DNA of 64,000 nt, taken from assembly GCA_010015585.1 (NCBI GenBank), contig ML975160.1; one strand, 5' to 3'. Below the pieces are notes generated by a model. That model had not been told where the DNA came from and ran no database searches. It saw only the letters and a program-made list of their open reading frames with translations. Below are positions 48,417-60,616 of the stretch, piece after piece; the stretch's first letter is position 1; each line of letters begins with the position of its first letter. The DNA comes from Eremomyces bilateralis CBS 781.70 (taxonomy: Eukaryota). Position numbers and translations under genes: made by a program.

Positions 48417-50849
48417 ATGGCCGACGATCACGAGAACGAAGACCGAGGGAATGATCTCGAACTTCGCATTCTATCCCCTTCCTCCGAGCTGCCTGGGCCG
48501 CTCACCCTTAAAGTTCCGATTTCGACAACAGTAGCGGAATTGAAGTTGAGGGTCAAGAATGCCGTTGCATCGAAGCCCGAACCCTCAAGGCAACGCCTGA
48601 TCCATAAAGGAAGAGTCATGGCCAATGAGTCGGAGGATTTGGCGTCCATATTCGGGGCAGAGCATATCAAGAACTCCGAATATATCAGTCTCCATCTGGT
48701 GCTTAAAGACTTACAAACGTCTGGCCCTCCTCGTTCTTCGACAGCGCCTCCAGGCGCCATGCGAAGCCCTCTTCAACCATACCAGACTGATTCACGACTC
48801 GAGCAACCCCGCGGAATACCGACAAGTCACCCCGTTGGCGCGAATCCGAGTTCCTCTGTCGCTCTGGGCACTACCCCCGCTACAAACGCCGGGGCAATTC
48901 CAGCTCAGCAGCCTAATTACGCGCAAGGCATCCCAAGCTTCGGTTTTATGCCCGTTCCGAGCCCACTCGGCCTTCACCAGCAAGCCGTGGCGATGGCCCA
49001 AGGCCATCTCCATCCTGCAATGCAAGCTGCCTTCCCCCCTCAGTTACATCCACATGGACTGCCTCCACACATCCACGGAGCGGAAGCGCCGACTCCCTCC
49101 CCGCATCCGAATTCGAACATTCTATTACAACCACATGCGCATACCCAGCAAAGAATGCCCGCGGGATCCCCTGACTTTGCTGCGGAGGACGGCAATCAGC
49201 ATGGCATTCCTGGGACGAGAGGCAGACTGAACGCCTCACATTCAGACCCTAACCTGGCTGCAAGGGCAAATGCCCAAAACCAACAGCAGCAGCAGCAGCA
49301 GCAGCAGCAGTCGCAAATGCAGCCCGGGTCCTTCACCAATCGACCTGCTAATGCACGGTATACCGTTACTATGGAAAGCAGAATTACTTCGGTATACCCA
49401 GGCCCTTCAAATCCGCCACACGTCGCTCATCCGATGACTTATACTCTCCCTCAGGGTCCGCCCGTATTTGCTCAGCCGTCGAATCGAGCTCAGCCAAGGA
49501 TCCAGAATCAAGCCTCTACGCAAGTGTACCTGCTCTCCTCCCCATCAGGACCACATGCCTTGCTTGTCGGGCCAAGTGGGACCTATTCAAGCGACAACCT
49601 CTCGCCAAATATCTGGTCAACTCTACTGAACAGTCAGAGTCCACTGGAGCGACATGATACCTCTGCAAGCAATGCCGCCCAACGTTTCCGCACATCCGTC
49701 GACCCTCAGCCATCCTCCTCACGTCAACTCCAACCCCGTTTCGACCAACACACGGTATCTCAACATCCGACCCACCAACACCCTGGTCACTACCCCCACC
49801 ATCATCATCTACATCAACACCCACACCAGCCCTCATCACGCCAACCTCACCCGCAACCCGCCAATGCCGAAGCTCCTCCTGTTGCCCCTATCCCCGTCGC
49901 AAACGCACAAAATGCCCAACCCAATATCCAGCCCCATGCCCTACCCAACGGCGTACCGAACGCGGACGATAACGCGGGTGAGCTCCGTAACCTGCTTCTT
50001 CCCGCCATGGGCCACCTCTGGCTCGCTGTCCGATTGATTGGCCTCTGGTACCTCTTCAATGGCAGCGCGTCCCCCTTTTCGCGCGGCTTCGACCGCATCA
50101 TGGTCCTGGTCGGGTTCATCACCCTGGTCTATCTCGCCTATCTCGGTGGCTTCCTCGGCGATTCCGCGCAGCGCGTTCGACGGTATTGGGATGCGCTGGT
50201 GTTCGGCGACGAGCAGCAGCAGCCGGGTCAAGAGGGAGCCGGTGCCGGTGTCGACACCAACGGATCCGCGCAGGGCCTACACCGTCCGGCGCGTGGGCAG
50301 CAGAGAACCCCCCCTAACCCTGCCCAGCTCGCGAACCGCATCCATGACGACACGCCTCTCAACCGCTTCCTCCACGAGGCCCGCGAGCGCGTGCGTACCG
50401 TCGAGCGCGGGGTGGCGCTCTTCGTCGCCAGCCTGTACCCCGGCTTCGGCGAGCGCGTGATCCGCGAACGGCAGCGGCGGGAAGAGGAGCAGGCCAGACA
50501 GGGAGCGGAGGTGGTGGAGGCGGAGGTGGCGATGGCGGCAGCGGCAGCAGCCGTGGAAGGACAGGCGCCAGATCAGGGCGTGCGGGAGGGGGAGGGGAGG
50601 ATGCAGCAGCAAGGAGGGGCGCCGGGCCCGGTGGATGGAGCGGAGCCGCAGGTCATCGAGGATCAACGGCCGCTGTGGGATTTGGGGGATGGGAGGGGAC
50701 GAGGGGGCGACGCGGCGGTCGCTACGGGGAGGGATGATGGCGCTGGCAGTGAAGGGCTTTCTGCAAGAGGGCATGGCAGTACCGGTTCTCAGACTGAGCC
50801 GATAGACGCTGGTGAGAGATCTCAGGCTGCGGATGCAGGTCAAGACTGA
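48417..50849 (+). CDS. Ubiquitin-like-domain ER membrane protein (Usa1/HERP-like)
   Basis: N-terminal UBL (TTVAELKLRV..QRLIHKGRVM..ISLHLVL), VYLLSSPSGPHALL, two TM helices (HLWLAVRLIGLWYLF) and LFVASLYPGFGER; polyQ tract. Confidence 0.8.
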   Translation: MADDHENEDRGNDLELRILSPSSELPGPLTLKVPISTTVAELKLRVKNAVASKPEPSRQRLIHKGRVMANESEDLASIFGAEHIKNSEYISLHLVLKDLQTSGPPRSSTAPPGAMRSPLQPYQTDSRLEQPRGIPTSHPVGANPSSSVALGTTPATNAGAIPAQQPNYAQGIPSFGFMPVPSPLGLHQQAVAMAQGHLHPAMQAAFPPQLHPHGLPPHIHGAEAPTPSPHPNSNILLQPHAHTQQRMPAGSPDFAAEDGNQHGIPGTRGRLNASHSDPNLAARANAQNQQQQQQQQQQSQMQPGSFTNRPANARYTVTMESRITSVYPGPSNPPHVAHPMTYTLPQGPPVFAQPSNRAQPRIQNQASTQVYLLSSPSGPHALLVGPSGTYSSDNLSPNIWSTLLNSQSPLERHDTSASNAAQRFRTSVDPQPSSSRQLQPRFDQHTVSQHPTHQHPGHYPHHHHLHQHPHQPSSRQPHPQPANAEAPPVAPIPVANAQNAQPNIQPHALPNGVPNADDNAGELRNLLLPAMGHLWLAVRLIGLWYLFNGSASPFSRGFDRIMVLVGFITLVYLAYLGGFLGDSAQRVRRYWDALVFGDEQQQPGQEGAGAGVDTNGSAQGLHRPARGQQRTPPNPAQLANRIHDDTPLNRFLHEARERVRTVERGVALFVASLYPGFGERVIRERQRREEEQARQGAEVVEAEVAMAAAAAAVEGQAPDQGVREGEGRMQQQGGAPGPVDGAEPQVIEDQRPLWDLGDGRGRGGDAAVATGRDDGAGSEGLSARGHGSTGSQTEPIDAGERSQAADAGQD

Positions 50850-51500
50850 GCGGTAGCTTGGGTCTTTTGGAGGCCGATGCTTACGGGGTGTATCGGCAAC
50901 GTTAATGGCACATTCTGGGGCGTTTGGGTTCGATGTCGTGTAGCGTAGCATTATGCATGATAGATACACCTAGTCATTAAGTACAGCAAAACTATTATCC
51001 CGCACAAGCATGTTGAGGCAACTCGACCACTGGGAACACTGTCCATCACACGGAGGCTGAACGATACATGAAACAAAATATCCATTGTTAGCCGATCTAC
51101 CATGCGAACTCCAGACTCGGACATTATAAAGCGCGTCAGCGGTGTATATGCTCCAATGATCAACCGTAGCACGGCCGATCGTGCTACCGACCCGACCGAG
51201 TGCTGCAAGATAGGGATGCCTTCATAGGAAACACATCAACATGGCACGAACAAAACAGACATGAGCTTCCGCATCGGTAGAGTGGCGGATCCCACGACCA
51301 AACCTCCAATGATTCCTTTGGTCTCCACCCTTGCAATTCTACTGCCTGGTCACAGAGACCACGCCAGACGGTCCAGATGAGAGTCGAGGCATGGTTTGAG
51401 GCTTTGGCGGCAATTGGCCAGTCGGAGTAATTGCAAAGATTGCGCTCCCTCGTCACCGAACTTCCACAACTCTCGACTCCACGCCTGGCTATTGCTCCGC

Positions 51501-52443
51501 TCATTTCTCTTTCTTCGGCGCCTGTGGCCCGGATACATATCGCCGAACATCCGTGACGTCCACGACCTTGGCTAAGACTCCTCGTGTCTGTTCCCACACC
51601 TGCCTCGCGACGGGCGGGGTGCCTTGGTTCGCAACCAGCGCGTCGACTCGGGCGCCGATGTGGGCCAACCCCTCGCGAATGTATTGGCTCTGGGAGTAGC
51701 GCATTCGGAAGAACAGGAGGTAGACGATCAAGGTCACCCAGGAGAGCCGCACGAACAGGAGTGCGGAGAAGGCGAGACGGAAGATGAGGGCGATCTCGAG
51801 CAAGGCCACGGTCGCCATGGAGGGATCGTAGTAGGCCTTGATGAAATTTCCGAGGGCGCTGTATCCCGGAGGCTCGGAACGCGGCGCTGCACCCGAGGCC
51901 GCCGGTGTGGGCGCTTTGCTAGGGAACACAACTGGGAGGAGTTGCGAGCGCGTGTACGTTGCGACGTGGAAGGTGGAGTAGATCGCGAAGGGGAGCAGGG
52001 CAAGGGGGACCTGGCGAGTGAAGAGTAGCACGACGGCCCAGACTGAGGAGTAGGAGAGTTAGCTGAATGAATACAAAACTGCAGCTGAGACCGGCCAAGT
52101 GGGGCCTCAAAGGGGTTGGGCATCCCATACCTAGATAATGCACATTCTCATCGAATGCGAAAGAGAGGGGCTGGATCGACCCCTTGTTTTGCGCCTCTCG
52201 CTTCGCCTTTGCTTTTGCTGACTTGTACACCACAATCACGTATGTTGCAACTGCGCTCAGGAAAGCGGTGCGGTAGCTGAATCGTGCCCATCGGGAGGCG
52301 GAGTTGAAGGTAAGGTACGAAAATCCGTATCGGAGGACACTCAGGAGAAGGATAGCATGTCCAACGAACCAGCCAAACTGGAGGCTCTGGGCGAGGTTCA
52401 AGATACGGGCCTGAAGAGGCTCGTTTGGGCTGGATGGTGCCAT
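51501..52443 (-). CDS. POM33: Pom33/Per33 (TMEM33) ER and nuclear-pore membrane protein
   Basis: LAQSLQFGWFVGH, YRTAFLSAVATYVIVVYK, DENVHYL, PFAIYSTFHVATYTR and FFRMRYSQS. Intron 52043-52130. About 284 aa. Confidence 0.9.
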
Positions 52444-53339
52444 GGCTGATGTAGATGTCAGCTGTGCCCGAAAAAAGGTTGTGGATAATATATGGGAGCA
52501 GGTCCAAAAGACGGTATACAAAAGGATAGTGACGAATATACATACCTGTAACTGACTTTACGTCACAGCTTCACACTTGCTAGTGTCTTAAGCTCTTGAT
52601 AGATTCAGTAGTAGATATCGGACTCCGCAGTTTGCCTAAGACGGGGATTAACGTTAACAGAGAACGAGCATACAGGTAGTTTATTGAAGCAATAAGAAGG
52701 ATTTTATCAAGAGGAGAATAAGACCGATCCCACTTCAAGCGTGTGTTGGGCAAGATAGGCAGCACAATTGCTATCGAACACTTGTCCATTATCACGCGGG
52801 TGGCTGGCAGCCAGCTGTGCGGAGCAGATGACAGCCAACTGCACCCCATGACTGAATGGAGAAAGACAACTAGGTAGATTTGGAAGAAGAAGGGATGTAT
52901 AGAGACTTACCAACGCAATATTAACGGGATGGAAGACACAGCTGGAACGGATGAGGTGGACAATTCAGCGACATAAGGTGAAGTGAGTGATGCCGATGAG
53001 GTGTGTGGGAAATCAGAGCAGCAGCCGCAGCTTTGGAGCAGTGACCACCAAGAGGCACAAACACGTGCAGCATCAAGCCCATGACGACACATTACTGCCT
53101 TGGTGCCTTTATGCCTTGGTGCCTGGTTTTGATTCATTATTGACCTGAGGCATCCAATTCCCATCCTCACCATGCCTACCTCCACTACATCCACAATTGC
53201 ACACCAAGATAAGAGCGCAAAGGAAGTGCATACCTAATACCAGTACGTTGCAGTAATACACAACAGCGATTCCCGGCATGCCGTAGACATAATTATGTGT
53301 TGCGTGGTATGGAACTAAAATCATCTAGCCACCAGAATA

Positions 53340-53394
53340 CAGGGTACAAAACTCAGGGCACGAAATTCAGGGTACGAAATTCAGGGTACGAAAT
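53340..53394. repeat. Tandem repeat, 14-bp unit CAGGGTACGAAATT x4
   Basis: Directly visible; first two copies slightly degenerate. Confidence 0.9.
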
Positions 53395-53633
53395 CCTCCT
53401 GACCATTACTTGTGCTAACCATCAAAACTCCGAATTCATCAGTGGTATCGTAGTCGAACTCCAAGCCTTCCCAAACACCGCCCAGATGCCTCAGCTACCC
53501 AAACGAACGGGTTCCATGCCTCCCTCGGCGCCAATTCTTTAGATTCGTCATACGAGAGGAAGGCGCAGAGAATCTTCCCTCAGTCAGCCTTCATGGCTCC
53601 CGAGTGACCCCTCGTATATCCTCCCTGTATCCT

Positions 53634-54500
53634 CTACCACAGGGCGATCCACCTCTCCGCCCCGTCCACCAGACCGAGCAACCCGTACTTGACATCTCGG
53701 AGGATCAGCCCTCCACACCGGTTGATTTGCCTCGCATCGAACTGGCCATCGCTCCACCGCGACCATCGCTCGGCGGACGGCGGAGTGTCGGACGAGAACT
53801 GCACTGCCAGCATCAACGCAGCGATGGCCACAAGTTCCGGCCGGGGAACGTCGGTCGGCTGCGTCCAGCATTGGGATGACCGTCTTGCCGATGTCCATGA
53901 GCTCGTAGCCATAGCCGGAGGCAGTCGCAGTGGACATGCATCCGCGCCCTTCATCTCCACGTCCACCACCGACGACCCGACCATAAAGTGCGCCGGCACC
54001 GTCTCCTTGGACGAAGCGGATAACGGTCGTCGGAGCGGCAGCTGTTCCAACGGCGTCGAAACATTCGTGAACGCCGCGCGATACGAACGGGCGAAATGGG
54101 AGCTCAGATCATCGAGGATAGACGCGGCGAGTGCGATGGTGGATAGGGACAAGCCGGAGCGACCAAGTAGACGGTGGATGCTCGGCACATAGGGACGGTG
54201 GATCGAGGTGTTGGGGACCAGGTTCGCGATGTGTGTGGATGGAAGATGGAGGGAGGGCGGCCGATCTTCAAGATCGTATATCGAAAGCGGTGTAGAGGGT
54301 GTGACGGCTCCGTCGTTCGTCGACACCGTTAAGGAAGCCTCGTCGCTGCTTTCGTCGGAGAGAGGGGGCGTCGGGAGGTTCGAGAGCGGAGCGTAGGCCG
54401 CGAAGTAGGAATCGAGCTCTTCATCGTTCATCGAAGTAACGGATCCCTTGCGGGAAAGGCCTGCATTGGCTGATGGCGGGAGGAGGAAATTTGAGGCCAT
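53634..54500 (-). CDS. Cyclin-fold-like protein (Clg1/Pcl-like), fungal hypothetical
   Basis: PLSNLPTPP, LSTIALAASILDDLS, PELVAIAALMLAVQF..D and QINRCGGLILRDVKYGL resemble cyclin-box helices. Confidence 0.6.
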   Translation of the reverse strand: MASNFLLPPSANAGLSRKGSVTSMNDEELDSYFAAYAPLSNLPTPPLSDESSDEASLTVSTNDGAVTPSTPLSIYDLEDRPPSLHLPSTHIANLVPNTSIHRPYVPSIHRLLGRSGLSLSTIALAASILDDLSSHFARSYRAAFTNVSTPLEQLPLRRPLSASSKETVPAHFMVGSSVVDVEMKGADACPLRLPPAMATSSWTSARRSSQCWTQPTDVPRPELVAIAALMLAVQFSSDTPPSAERWSRWSDGQFDARQINRCGGLILRDVKYGLLGLVDGAERWIALW

Positions 54501-57500
54501 TATTGTGCATATAATAGGTAGGTAGGTTGCTTGGAGACCAATTGGCCGCGACCGAAACCGTACAATGCACTATGAAATACCAAGTCTCCTCTGTTATGAA
54601 GGTGCATTCCTACAGTGACGTTTGGTTCAGATGAGACTCAGGAGGGGAGTGTTTAGTCAAGGCATTCCAACACAACAATCCACTCGAAGCATCCCTCAGC
54701 AACAAAGGAGGAGGAATAATGGTGCCCAACCGCGGAGAAATGAGACACTGAGAAGTGAGATGTTTCATATGTTCACCTTAACCGAACGGTATGAAGTTTC
54801 TTGTTAGGAAGTAGTACCTAATTACAGAGTACTATGTAGGTGGCAGGTCTAGTCCTTTTATGTCAGAACAATCGTGGGGACTTGCACAATCCAGATCAGA
54901 TCTCACATAACTCTACTCCTGCAGAATATTCCATTGTCCCCTCCCTCCCCTCACGCTAGAACGTCTGAGTTCGGATTCTCTAGCGCCTCCTCTCATCCTC
55001 TGCCGGAGCTGCGCCTTCTGTTAGCCCCTTAGCGACGAGCCCTACGACCCTGAAAGTGCCACGCATTGCAGACTGCAGCAAGTAGAGTCAGTTCACACCG
55101 CGGACTTCCACGATTCCATCATTTCCACGATTCCATGCCAATTTGTGGAGAGGATCAGGTCAGAGCTTGGGCACCAAAGCGCCTCGTTCACATCCCCATG
55201 TCGAAATCCCTTGTCCGATGCCCCGATCTTCTCCATCAGGCTGCTGTCCAGGGCCACAGCTTTCAGCAGCTCTACTATGTACAGTCTACACAAGTGCACA
55301 TGGCGCAGCCCACAGCACACAGGCCACAAATGCCCACTGCGGCTGACGACTGACGAGGCTGCCGTCGATTCATCTCCATGTCCAACCCAGAATTTCAATT
55401 CCCCACTGAGAATCGATGCCAACGCTGAGCAGAGGTAATCATCCTGTCCTGACCGCGGAAGTTTGGAACAAACACTGGGGAACCATGGGCGGGAAGTGAA
55501 TAGCTGTCCGCAAATCACAGCCGTCTACCCGCCCTCCATAGTCATACTCAGGGAACGATTCTGGTGCGGAACCGCAGATCTGAACAAATTGTATGGTAGA
55601 CCAAGTCTCCGATCAGCATAAAGACGTCCACACCTCCAGGACAAATTGACATATTCTCATAACAACCGAGTAACCGACAGGGCATCCCAGGTTCGAAGCA
55701 ACATGGTTTAGTTTCGAGCTTCGAAGTGGTCGAGGAAAAAACCCCAAGGTATTAGGTAACTAATAGGAGGAGTCCGATGACGAATGAGACTGCGGATTCG
55801 ACTTAGGAGGGAGCCGGCATATCGGACAGCATATTGATCTTAGTTACGGGCACCATCCGCACCGCCTAACCGTTTAAGGGGTTAGGGATGGCAAATACTA
55901 AATAGATACTTCCTGAGGGTGTACCAAAATCCAAAGCATTCCTCAACTCCCGGCTGGCACAAAACGGTGGACCGAACGACACACTATGTAACTATATCCC
56001 ACCACGCTCTGATCTGGCTTGGCCAAAGTCGAAGGCAGCACCGTCAGAGAAGTCGTCACGTTCATAGCTCATTCATTTGCGTTGACGGCATGCTCAGATG
56101 AAACTTGTCCTGTCTCGATTTGCTATTTGCTACGCGAATCACCTATCGACAATTGTCTATGTACATAAAAATATGTCCACTCATCGGACATTGCGGGGCC
56201 AACCGTCTAGTCTCACCGTATCGAGATTCCCCGGTAGAATGGGATCGATCGGAGACGGCTAGACGAGAATTAGGATTTAGGAACGCCTCTCGGCTCTTAG
56301 CAGTACCAATAAAGTGAATAATCAAGTCCACCCAGCCGGAGGATGCGGAAGGGTCATGACTCCATGAGAATTGAGAAGTGCGGATTCCTGTTCCGTCGCC
56401 TTGAGCTAAGTGCGGGTTTTTAGTTCTCGGTTCCAAAGAACACAAAGGTGTGGTTTCAATCGTCAACATATCACGGCATGTCCGGATCTGAGGAATTTAA
56501 GGTCACCGAACCCCCGATGTGGTCTGATACTCCCACTGGGTTCCATTGGGACGGCCCCCTAATAGCGGAGACGTGAATAACGTCACGATAGGTTGACTTT
56601 CCGATTGCTGTGATGCGATTCGATTCAATGGGCAAGATTACTAAAATGCGGAAATAATCTGCTGTGTAGCGAAGACGAAGATCAGATATCGATAGCTGGA
56701 CGGGAACTTAGTCCAATATAATTTGTGAGTCCGCTCATGGTCCGAAAATAGAGCGAAACATGCATATCGAGTCGCACCATTTCAGGGGAAGGGCTTCAAC
56801 GCCTCGACGTTCGGGGATCAGGCTATCGTGTCACAGGCAGTGAAGGAGGGTCCGATCGAGCCACACGGCTTGATAATGCGAATTTTCGTTCGGGAACTGG
56901 TTCTCGGCAATGTCTAATAAGGAACTATTCGGGGAATTCTCGCCCCCCTTTGAAGGATATACCATCGGTCGACGCGCGACATGAGTATGTGCTCCCGACA
57001 TCCTGGCATATCTTGGGCGTCCAAAGGTCATGTTGTAAAAGGGCTCCTTGCCCCCGTGGGTTGTAAAGTAATGGAGGATGAATGGATGGATATACACTGG
57101 ATGGGTTGCCTGGTCAAGCAATCTAAGTTCTGAATCGTAGCATGATACTGGCTCAGCACACAGGACGAGGTATTTCTTGCGTACATTATTAAAAGGCTAT
57201 CAAGACTATCTTCCATTCTCACCGCTAGCGTCCTCAATTGTGAACAAAGGAAAAAAAGAAAGGGAACAACAAGGCCAGGTATCACGCTTCGGTTATGAGG
57301 CAGGCCAACAAACCCCACAGGACCATGGAGGTGGATTGAATGGTATGTCTTTTGAAGGTGGTTGCTCGTCAATCCTTGGTATCGCGACCACGCCACTGAT
57401 ATTTTGAAAACGACCGACGCTGAAACACGAGAACAGAGAAGCGAGCCGACGAGAACGGGGGTAGATGCGGAACGGGGTAGAGGGGTAGGGAGGACCGCAA

Positions 57501-57759
57501 GGGAGTGAAGAGATCAAAAGAGGACACGAAATGAATAAGACCAGTGTTTTTTCCGAAACCGAGCGTCTTTCGTCCTTCCAGCAGATGCCAAGGACATGTT
57601 GGGCGCCGTTTTCCTTTCTTACAGAGGAATCGACGACCAAGTCATCGATGCAACTTGAGAAGGATGCGCTCCCCTTGAGCCACTTGTCGCCAGACTCCAG
57701 ACAAAGCCGTCTTCCACCATTTCTCCATGTCCCACTCCGCATCATACTCCAAATCAAGT

Positions 57760-59657
57760 CTAACGCAGAGAGAAGCCCTTCCTCTTGCCCTTCTCCTCTA
57801 GCGGTCTGCCGGACTCGATTCGAGACTTCTTCTCCTCCAGTTCCTGTCTCTGTCGCTCCAGCTGCTCCTTCATCTCCTTGTGTCGAGCATACAATTCCTC
57901 CTCGGATTGCTTCAACTTGCTCTCCTTCTCCGACACCTTCTGCTGGAAGACCATCTTCATTTCCAATTCCATCTTCTGGAGCTTCTGCTCGTGCAGGCTG
58001 CGCTCCTCCTCTTGCTTGACCGCGGGGTTGATCTCCTTGAACACGGACGGGTCTTGCGCCACACCCATGGCGGTGAGCTTGTCGGACCGGTAATTCTCGT
58101 ACATGAAGTTGTTGGTGTGCTCCTTCAACTCCTCCATATGAGTGCGGATGAGCATCTGTCGCAGCTTGACGAAGTCACAGTGTTCCTCGTTGTCGACTTC
58201 GATGACACCCCATGGGTAGCGGCGACCGCGGACCTTTCGGCCATCAGGAGTACTGACTTCTTGGTTGGCACCTACGACAGCGAAGGGAACCTTGGCCATG
58301 ATTTCGTTGTTTTCGGCAATGGTCTCATCATCGTCAAGCTCGTAGCGGGGACCTTCGAAGATTTGGATGTGGTGGTACTCGATATCAGCAAGGATCTGCG
58401 GATTGCAACCATCAGCAACGTGTACTCGTATGAATCTGCTTCAAGGGATTACTCACCCGTGCCTTGAAGGCGCTGATCTCGTCGTCGGTCAGGGTATCAG
58501 CCTTAGCAACGACCGGGATCAAATTGACCTTGGTGTGCAGCCTACGCATCACCTCGACATCAAGGGGCTTCAAGCTGTGGCCAGTAGGCTCGATGAAGTA
58601 GACACAGGCATGGACGCGGTTGTCCACGATGTTCATCCGGTTCACCTTGTTCTCGGCGTCAAGATAGGCATCATAACGCTGCTCGATATTCTCAACGATC
58701 GGGCGCCACGAATCTTCATTGTTGACAAAGTCACCGAAGCCGGGAGTGTCGACAACCGTCAGCCGGAGGCGGACACCGTTCTCCTCGATGTCTGCGGAAA
58801 TGGATTGAATGGAGACGGTTTTGGGGATGATGTCTAGGGACGGTGGCTTGCGATCCCTCGGCGGGTAAAGCGACGTGTTGAACAGGGTATTCACGAGGGT
58901 GGATTTTCCGAGACCAGACTCGCCTGTAGTAAAAGTTCATCAATATACGAGCTGAGGGAACAATGATTCACGGATCACATACCGACAACCATAACGTTGA
59001 AATTGAACCCTTTCCGGACACTCTTCCGATGCCATTGATTCGGCAGGTTGGCAAAGCCAACGTAGCCAGTCAACTTCCGCCGGACAATATTCCTCAGATC
59101 GCTGGCGGCCAGGGCAGCGGCCTTGGGGTCCTTCGACGTGACGGTCTGAGGAGCGGAGCCCGAGCCATTGGGCATGGGGTTACTACGCTCAACATAGGGT
59201 TGAGCTATTTCGAAGTTAGAACCTAGTGATGTAGGGAAGAAACCAAGCTTTGGGGCGAGGTGGGAGGGAGAAATACCGTTTGCCGCTGGAGGAGAGGACT
59301 CAATGTTAGCTTGAGGATCTAGAGGTTCACCAATCAGATCGACATCAGAGCGAAGTTGGCGGATGACATGAGATGCTGAGCCAAAGGGGGATGGAAGTCG
59401 AAGGCTGGAAATATTGGCGGTGGAGCTCTGGCTCCGGCCTTGGGGTGGCTCCTGAGCAGACGCCTCATCATGGAGGTGAGGTAACGAGGACCTCCATTCC
59501 ATGATGGATTGTTCCTTAGATGCAGGACCTGCCATTGTGGAGTGTTGTGATTGAATCGGTCGGTGATGGATTTGGATGAGGATGAAAGTAGAGGTCGACG
59601 TGGAGGTCGATGGAATTGTTTGGTAAAAGTGAGAAAGGTGGAAGTTCGCTTACCCAT
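57760..59657 (-). CDS. CDC3: Septin Cdc3 / AspB
   Basis: [53 protein letters not shown] and C-terminal [10 protein letters not shown]. Introns 58924-58982 and 58396-58456. The 5' microexons 59657-59654 and 59285-59277 are tentative; an alternative ATG lies at 59535. Confidence 0.95.
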
Positions 59658-60616
59658 TGGGACGATGTGTTATCGGAGTAAAGTGATTGTCTTTGATTCA
59701 ACACCAAGTGCTGATGTGAATGGAGAGGGCGCCTGCAGGAGAGCATCATGAATTGTTAGCCTATGCATCCCACCAGCACGCGCAACGTCGCCCATACACT
59801 CGACAAATGACAGATCTCGCATTCCGAGGTATTTGAAGCATCCTCAGAGCTTGCAACAGCTACAATCCGAGATGCAAGCAATCCCATGATGGCGCGTTGA
59901 TACAGCAAGCAGCAATGGCGGAAAGTCTGGGGAAAGGGGTCAAATGGCAAACACACCTTTTTTGGTAGACAGGGCAGAAGTGTGCCAGAGAAGAGTAGGA
60001 TAGGGTCGGTAAAGGGGATCTCGATATTAAACACACTCTCCGCTACGGCACATATGGAAATATGCACTCAGGACAGAGCTGTTGCCGGGAGAGAGATGAG
60101 GTGCAGAGGTTGGAGTTGGACAGAACCGCAGAAGTCGCGATAGAAAGTCGCACGTTCTCTCTCTCCCTTGCTGTCTCCTTGTCCGTGCCTTCCTTTCTCT
60201 CCTGTCAGTGTCACTGGAGCACTCACGCTTGCCTCAAACGAAAGGGGTCTGCAGCTTGGCAGCACGCTATTCCTCATTTGGATTCTGGAGCAACACCTTA
60301 TTAAACTGATGCCTGTGCCCATGCTTGCTCACGTGCCCGAGCCCAGGGGATCAATCTGTTCACGATATCTCACCAATCTCCTGGCGTAGAAATATTGAAT
60401 ACACCCCACGGTGCTTTACTATGGATAAGGTATGGATGAACACATCTAGGCTTGGATGGACGGATGTATTGATACGAGACGACGGGTTGAGATGCCTCCT
60501 CCCATCGGACACCACCGTCAGAGACACCATGTCCAAAGTATTGAAGTTAATTGGTGTGCCATTCATCACCCTAAGCCCACATATCTGCTGGTACAGTACT
60601 CAACTCCCATTCCCCA

